Below are positions 56,795-64,000 of a stretch of DNA of 64,000 nt, piece by piece. Source of the stretch: Moniliella sp. 'wahieum' (lineage: Eukaryota); NCBI GenBank assembly GCA_003971905.1, contig RSEE01000096.1, forward strand, positions 62,001-126,000, in the 5' to 3' direction. Both the position numbers and the translations under genes were made by a program. Within the stretch, counting starts at the first letter, position 1; each line of letters begins with the position of its first letter. The notes under the pieces are model-generated. The model saw nothing but the letters and a program-made list of their open reading frames with translations. It did no database searches and had not been told where the DNA came from.

Positions 56795-59700
56795 GAACTC
56801 GGGGGCGAAATGCGAATCATCCGGGCATTATATGACAGTGGGGCATTCCCATCCATTTGGAAAGACAAATCCGTCTTCACATCCATGACCCCTTGCGACG
56901 ACGAGATAGAGGTTGCTAACGGGACACATGTAAAGGCGGAAGGACGAGGCACGGCCACAATCCGTATCCGATGCTTAGGAGGACACCAAATGGAGATAAA
57001 ACTCCCCAACAGCCTATACATGCCCCGTTTCAGCCGAAATCTCGTCAGTGTAGCACACCTGTCGAACACCGGAATCGCATCATACTTCGCCCCACACCAG
57101 AAGGGTATCTGGCTTGGTAACCCAGGATCCACCCTACGAAAAGTAACCGGCAGTGACTATCAATTCACGATCTTACACAACCCGCGAACGCCACCCACAC
57201 CCCTGCGGGCCATGGCGACCAAACCGATCAAACCGGCCGACCCACCCTCAACCCCAAACTCCCTCGCAGCATCCCTGGCCCTGGACCACGTCTCTAAAGC
57301 CCACAAACGCTGGAAACCACGCAGCCATCGACCTCCTCCCCTGGCTTACACGATCGGAAACCGCAGGCCTCCGCGTCACAGCCAAGCATATCTCCCTCTG
57401 TCGTTCAGAGTGGGATTGCCCAACATGCGCGGTGGCACTAGCGACAGCATCGCCCCATCCGAGCCGGGACCGCCTCCGATCCAAAAGACCTTTCGAGGTC
57501 CTCCACGTCGACGTAGTAGACCTCCCCCGGGTAACCGGCATGGGGCACGGATACGCCCTCGTCGCCGTTGATGACTTCACGCGGTACGTCTTCACCACAG
57601 CGATCCCGACAAAGGGCGCTGCAACGAAGGAACTGCGGAACCTCATATTGCGGGAGCAACGCTACGGCCCGGACAGACTGCTGCGGACTTTGCGCACGGA
57701 CAACGCCCCCGAATTGACAAGCGCACTGCAACCTTTTCTGGACGAGCAAGGCATCACGTCAGAACGGACAATCCCGGGGCAGAGTGCTAGCAACGGTGTG
57801 GCTGAGCGTGCCATCCGAACCATAACGACTCGTGCAAGGCAGTTGCTCTTGGGTACAGGTCTTCCGACGTCGGACTGGTGGGAACACAGCCTCCACGCTG
57901 CGTGCTTCACCCAAAACCAAATGCCACTCAAAACATCCGGGGAAGACAACAAATCGCGATTTGAGCGATACAAAGGCCACGCATACTCGTTACCGATGCA
58001 ACCCTTTGGCCGCGTTGCATACCTCCATCTGCCCGAGTCACGCCGCGAGCACAAGCTCAGCGCGCGGGCAGAGGAAGGTATGCTGGTAGGATACCACCAT
58101 CAGCGCGGATCAAAGGGATGGCTCTTCGCCACATACCAACCATCCCTGGGTACCTTCACCTACCGCTGGTCGAAACCGTACAAATGGGGCAACGCCATCT
58201 ACCCCCATCTCCACCCCGACCACTTCCCACCCGACATCTCCAAATCACCTCAAATTAAAATCGACAGTGAAAAAGACGCTAACCCTACTCCGCCAGCCGC
58301 GGCAGCACCCATGCCCCGAACCGCCGCCACACCCCAGACACCCGCTCCACCACCACCCCCCCTCCGCGCCGCTACCCCCTCCGCCAGCGCACCACCCGCA
58401 CCTCCCTCGACCTGCACACACTCCCAATCGCTGACGACCCCACCGACACGACCTACCATGCTCGTGCTGCAGCCGCCACGCCCCACTGCGCCGCACCAGA
58501 GATCGGCATCGCCCGCCCCCTACCTGACACATCCGCCCCCCCGTTTGCCGACACAGTTCAACCTCCCGAATACGCCGCCATGACTGCTCTCAGCGCACCC
58601 ATCCACCCGGACACGGTTCAGCTCACCAAGGATGGCGTACCCCTCGCTCCCAAGACGCTCAAGGGTCTCGAGACTCACCCCTCCTTTGCCATGGTCAAGC
58701 AGGCTATGGCCGACGAGGTGGCCACACTCGCGCGATACGGCACCTACGAGGCTACGTACCCACCACCGGGTGCACAAATCCTCATAGGACTATGGCGCAT
58801 CACCACAAAGACGGACGCCGAGGGCCGGTTCCTGCGCCACCGCGCGCGCTTTGTCGCGGGCGGACACCAACAATCGGCCGAGACTTGGGGCCAGACGTTC
58901 GCACCATCGGTGCGCACACCTGCCATCCTGACCCTCGTCGTGCTGGCCGAGAAGTATAAGTTTGGCCTCTTCTCGGCGGACGTCAATGCAGCGTACCTGA
59001 ACGCCCCCCTCGAAGAAGCAGTCTACATCCGCCCACCCCCCTACTTCCCCGAAGCGGGTGGTCGCGTGTGGCGTCTCAAGAAGAGTCTATACGGGCTACA
59101 TCAGAGCGGAGCAAACTGGGCACGATACATCCGGAACCTGCTGCGTGACAAGCTCGGCTTCACGCAAAGCTTGACCGAGCCCTGCTTGTTCGTGCGCGCT
59201 GCACCACCGGGTGAGCAGATCCTCCTGGCGGTCCACACCGACGATCTGCTCCTCGCATGCAAGTCACACCAAAAGTACGAGGAGTTTATGGCCGAGATAA
59301 ACACACACATTGATGTTCGTGGTAACGGTCCCCTTCACTACCACCTGGGATGCCAATACGATCGGATCGGTGGGGAGCTGTACCTGAGCCAACCAAAGTT
59401 CATCGAGGAAGTGGTGGCAAAGCACCACATCAAAGCCCCGTGGATCCGGACTCTCCCACATCCCGTACGGATGATACCGCCCCGTGCCGACCCTGAACCC
59501 CCATCCCTCCCAGCCTTGCGCAAGGCATATCAGGGGAAGATCGGATCGGGACTGTGGGCTGCACGAATGGGCCGGCCTGACTCCCTCTTCGCTATCACGG
59601 CCCTCAGCAGAGCCGCTGCCGACCCATCGCAGCAGCATCATCAAGCAGTCGATGACTTCCTTCGCTACCTGTACCATACTCGAGGAAAGGGCCTGAGGTT

Positions 59701-60238
59701 GACCCCAACATCAGATGCACCGGCCATTGCGCTGTATACAGATTCCGACTTGGCGGGAGATCCCATCCAGGCACGCTCCACATCTGGATGCCTACTGATG
59801 GTGTACGGTGTGCCGGTGTCGTGGCGATCCATTCTTCAGCCGAAGAGCGTTACCAGTACCGCCGCCGCCGAATATACGGCAGGATATGATGGACTGGTTG
59901 ACGCCAACTATGTCAAGAACATCATGATCGAGCTTGGGGCCATCGGCGAGGGTACACCCATTCATTGGTATTGCGACAATAAGTCTGTCGTCGATCTCGC
60001 CCACAAATTTGGCAGCACCGGCAAGCTCCGAGAGCTGAAGATCCGGTACCACAATGTACGGCAACACGTGGACTCGGGCGAGGCCATACTTGTACACATC
60101 CCCGGCGAAAGGAACCCAGCGGACGTCCTCACCAAGCCTCTCGGCCGTCCCGCCCTGACAAGCCATCTTGCTCAACTCCGCGTCGAGGAGATGGATCCAG
60201 TCCACATGACTGGGCCCTCCGGTCAGCGGGGGTGTTGA
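56795..60238 (+). CDS. pol: Copia Pol (protease, integrase, reverse transcriptase, RNase H)
   Basis: Protease LYDSGA; integrase HKRW-NH..CPTC, LHVD, VDDFTRY, RTDNAPE, NGVAER; RT ARFVAGG, DVNAAYLNA, LKKSLYGL, VHTDD; RNase H YTDSD, AAEY, CDNKS, NPADVLTK. Two compensating indels (about 57313 and in the C-rich region before 58580). Confidence 0.95.
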
Positions 60239-60392
60239 CATCCGTCCTAGGACCGCGCGGACCCTGAGTCACGTGAGTCAGCTTTCATTCCTTCCGAGCT
60301 CGCACCAGTCTTCTGGACGAGTCAGTCGCAGAAGCTTCTTAGTCCAATACGACGTTCAGTGCTCACATTCTGTGGTAGTAGCGAGGCCGACA
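60233..60392 (+). repeat. 3' LTR
   Basis: Identical to the 5' LTR. The pol stop TGA lies in its first 6 bp. Confidence 0.97.
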
Positions 60393-62003
60393 CGCCGCCA
60401 CGTCCACCACCCCGGCCGCCAAACCCGCCACGTCCACCACGTCCCCCACCGCGTCCGCCGCTGCCGCCCGCCTGGTCACGCGGGGGCGCGTAGTCGAGAC
60501 GGATCGGCCGGCCGGCAATCTGCGAGCCATTGAGAGTGTTGAGTGCCTTGGTCGCGTCCTCCACCGAGCCAAACTCAATGTAACCAAAGCCTTTGGGCTT
60601 GTCAGTCTCAATGTCTTTGGGAATCCGGACGTGGTTGACAGCGGCGACCTGACCGAATGCCTCCCAGACGTCGTCGTCGGTGGCCTTCCAGGCCAGACCG
60701 CCCATAAAGAGGGTAGCCGAAGGCTCGGAAATCTTGTCGCCACGCATCTTGGCGCGCTGCTCAGCGGCATGCTGGCGGTGGTTGGGGTCCTTGGGTGGAC
60801 GCGGGTGGCAAAGTTGACACGGATGTTGCGGCCATCGAGTTCAAAGCCATCCATCTCCTCAGTTGCCTTCTTTGCGTCTTGGTGGGACTCGAATTCGACG
60901 TAGCCAAATCCACGAGGCGCTGGGTCCCGGTCAGTCTGCACACGCGCCGTTTTGACAGCGCCCACCTTGGCAAATACCTCGGCCAGCCAGTCATCGTCCA
61001 CGTTCCATGACAGCTGGCCCACAAACACACTGGTTGGTTCCTCCTCACCCGCCTCAGCATTGGTAGCAGGGGAATCTGATGCGTTCACCTTAACGGCTTT
61101 GCTGCTCCCTTGAGCCTCATCCTCGTCCTCTGCCTTGCGCTTCTTCGAAACAGGCTTCTTCTTTGGCCTCTTCCATTTCCTCGTCGTCATCCTCATCCTC
61201 ATCAGACTCGGAATCCGAGTCCGAGTCACTTGAGCCCGATCCAGATTCCGAGTCCGAGTCCGAGTCAGAGTCCGAGTCCGAGGCGGCGCTGGACGAGGCG
61301 GAGCTTGCGCTAGAAGAAGCAGCCTTGGCAGCCTGGTAGGCGGAGAGGGAATGAGGAAAGGAGGTTAGCGTAATCCAATGATAAGAGGGAGAGCCCTGCA
61401 GAGGTGGAGGGCTGGTTGGCGACAGGTATGGGGGAGTGCATACCTTAGCAGCCTTCTTCTCGGTCTTCTCTTCAGAGTCAGAGTCAGCGTCAGAGTCAGA
61501 CGAGTCCGATTCCGAGTCGGAGCCCGAGTCAGAGGCCGAGCCATCAGAGTCGGAGTCAGAGTCGGAAGAGCTGTCACTGGAGGCGTCCGCCTTCTTTATC
61601 TCTGCAGCGGCAGGCTTGTCGTCGGACGCGTCATCCGAGTCGCTGTCCGAGTCGCTGTCCGAATCGCTGCTCGAATCGCTGCTCGAATCGCTGTCGGAGT
61701 CGCTACTCTCCACGGCCTTGGGTGCGGGTTTCTCCTGCTCCGAGCTGGAGCTGGAGCTAGAGCTAGAGTTAGAGCTGGAACTGGAACTGGAGCTCGAGCT
61801 CGAGTCAGAGTCCGAGCCCGAATCCGAGTCCGAGTCAGAGTCCGAGTCCGAGTCAGAAGAAGAGCTAGACTCGTCCGAAGACGATTCCTGCTTCTTGGCG
61901 GTCTGGTCACCTTGGACTTCGATTCGACCCTCTTGGCGGCAACAGGGGCCTTCTTGTCGGCCTTGGGCGCGGTGGATTTCTTAGTTACTGCTTTGGAACC
62001 CAT
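60322..62003 (-). CDS. NSR1: Nucleolin (Nsr1/Gar2), RGG tail interrupted by the LTR
   Basis: Ser/Asp-rich N-terminus; RRM1 VFVGQLSWNVDDDWL..RGFGYVEF; RRM2 LFMGGL..PKGFGYIEF..GRPIRLDY; RGG repeats run into the LTR at 60392. Intron 61333-61443. Confidence 0.95.
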
Positions 62004-63031
62004 GCTGGAAGGAGAGCGGTGGTGGTGGTCGGAACCTGAAGCGCGACGCGGCTGAGTCGCTTCAAGCTTGAAGAAAGCCGCCAAAAAAAGCATGGCCGAA
62101 AAAATTGGTGCCGATCGGTGCAGAGGGCGTGTGTCACGTGCTAGTAGAGTAGTGCGGTTGAACGTTGAACGTTTAAGCTAAACGTCAAACGTTGTGATTT
62201 GAAATGTTTGAAATGTTGGCCAAGCGGCGGCGCGCGTTTCACTTTGTACCGACATCACCGGTTGTGGTGCATCATGCATCCAGAGGCGGCCCTGCTGGTA
62301 TTTTTGGTCTCCGAGATGCCACACCATAGGAGAGGGTAACCCATATTGCGACCGACGCCGCCCTCGCCGGCTGGCCCTCTGGCATCCACTGCTGCCCTCT
62401 CCTTTGGCGAGAGCAGCCACCAGTCCAGATCCATACTCGGCTTCCCACATTGCCCACCCTTGGTAGTCATACGCGTGCACCACACTCACACTACTCAGAT
62501 CTTATACGAAAAGGAAGAGGCGCCGTGTGTGTGTCATGTGTGACCTGTTAAAAACGGTTAGTGCTGCGCTCAGTGGCCAGGCTCGTTCCCAGAGGAGTAC
62601 CGTACCAACTCCTACGCCACATGTCATGGTATATCACAAAGAAGGCCGGTGCATTTGCAGCCCTACCACCAAGCTCCATTTAATAATGTGGGACGGCGAG
62701 AAGAGGAGACCCATCGACCACGAGTCTCACGCGCCTCGGCGCTTGGGTGGTACTGTGGTTCATGAAGCCCTACCGTGCCCTGTCCAATCAGATGGTGTGA
62801 TCCCGACATGGGCGAGAGCTTGGGAATCGGAATCTCACAGCCACACTGCCCCTAAGCAAGTCCTAGGGGCTAAGCGCAGGGTATATGACGTGGCAGAATA
62901 TTAGCGGAATGAAGTGGCGCTGCGCCTGGAGCGTGGTAAAAGGGGTTTAAGCTGAGCCTGACCCGACACAGCACGAAGAGGCCAACACAAACGGTGGGGG
63001 GAGGAGTCCGTGGGGTTCCCGCCCCCCCATC

Positions 63032-64000
63032 ATGTTGCTGCTGGCTGTGCTGGTGGTGCGGTATGTGTGTAGCGTCGGTGGGGTGGTGCGCGTACACGCA
63101 AGACGACTACGAAGCGCTTATCTCGCTGAAAGCAGCGTCGCTTCGCCACCCTTATGTGGACGGTGACCTGCAAAGCCAGTTTTGGGACTTGGCGGGTCCA
63201 CCATCATCGAACGGCTCGAGGAGTGCGTTTGACCCAGGACAAAAAGTCCCAGCAGGGCTGGATTTGGACGCGTCATCCCATTCATGCGCGTGACTTTCAG
63301 ATTACGGTGGAGTTTGCCATCGCGGGCCGGTCGCATCATGTCTTTGGCGATGGGATGGCGCTCTGGCTCACCTCGGAACGCGCCCAGAGTGGACCGGCCT
63401 TGGGAAACCAGGCTACGTTCGACGGGTTGGGAGTGGCGTTTGATACGTACGCCAACGGTCCGCATCCCTATGCGTTCCCACGCGTGATGGCCTTGCAGGG
63501 GGGCAAGTATACACCGTACATGCCGAGTCAGGATGGGGTCAACCTAGAGGTGGGAGGCTGCTCGATCCGGTTCCGCGACACGCCGGTATCAGCCCGTGCG
63601 AGGTTGACCTACGTTGATGGCGAGTACATTGAGCTGCAGCTGCAAACCAAAGAGTGGGACCAATGGGAACCTTGTTTGTAAGTGTCATCGTGGTTGCCTG
63701 GTCAGTGTGTGGGGGGGCTGAGTATGTGGCCGTGTGTGGTGGGGTGAAGAGAATAGCAGGGCTGACTTCGCGTGGGGGCACCACGCTGCGTTGCTTGAAG
63801 CGAGATTGGCAAATTCAAGCTGCCCGAAAATCCCTTCCTGGGCTTTACAGCGGCGACGGGCGATGTGTCAGACAACCACGAGCTGGTGTCGGTGGAAACC
63901 CATTCGATTGTGCACAAGCCGCTGGCAAAGGGCGGCACCGGCCAAGGCCGAGCCCTTCCTGGGAAATGGGGAAAGACGGGCCAGGCAGGGGCCAAGGGGG
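63032..64000 (+). CDS. L-type (legume-like) lectin cargo receptor, VIP36/Emp46-like; runs off the right edge
   Basis: Signal-peptide-like start; VRLTQDKKSQQGWIW; FGDGMALWLT; GLGVAFDTYAN; FLGFTAATGDVSDNHE. Intron from about 63678. Confidence 0.9.

Larger units (their letters stand above)
55333..60392 (+). mobile_element. Full-length Ty1/copia LTR retrotransposon (5060 bp)
   Basis: Two identical 160-bp TG..CA LTRs; domain order gag-PR-IN-RT-RH; G-rich PPT (CAGCGGGGG) before the 3' LTR. Confidence 0.97.

Noticed and set aside
57153..58583. Frameshifts inside pol as programmed recoding
   Set aside because: One falls in the integrase HH motif (extra A in GGAAAC) and the other in a C-rich tract. 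They compensate and match the window-wide indel error pattern.
62098..62106. GAAAAAATT as an RRPE-like element upstream of nucleolin
   Set aside because: Imperfect, low-complexity match with no PAC motif nearby. Plausible but not supportable.

Overview
GC-rich, intron-poor fungal genomic DNA, most likely a basidiomycete yeast (inferred from gene content and short GT...CTRAC...YAG introns). The assembly appears unpolished: almost every gene is broken by single-base indels, so CDS ends are approximate and family calls come from motif recognition by eye, not database searches. The window holds about 15 housekeeping-type genes (TUP1, GPI12, COG1-like, BMT2, SmgGDS/Bem4-like ARM protein, PMU1-like phosphatase, PuuE-like deacetylase, zeta-crystallin QOR, ULP1, Mei2-like RRM protein, NAD(P)-binding protein, RPL37, RPL30, POM152, nucleolin, L-type lectin) and three intron-containing tRNA genes. 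It also holds a large intronless HEAT-like protein resembling an actinobacterial family, a cluster of decayed LTR-like repeats, and an approximately 8 kb lower-GC island of decayed ORFs. The main highlight is a very young Ty1/copia retrotransposon (55333-60392, identical 160-bp LTRs). Its gag and pol are in frame and separated by a single UAG, a candidate readthrough site. It has no target-site duplication, and its 3' LTR cuts the RGG tail of nucleolin and supplies a new 23-aa C-terminus.
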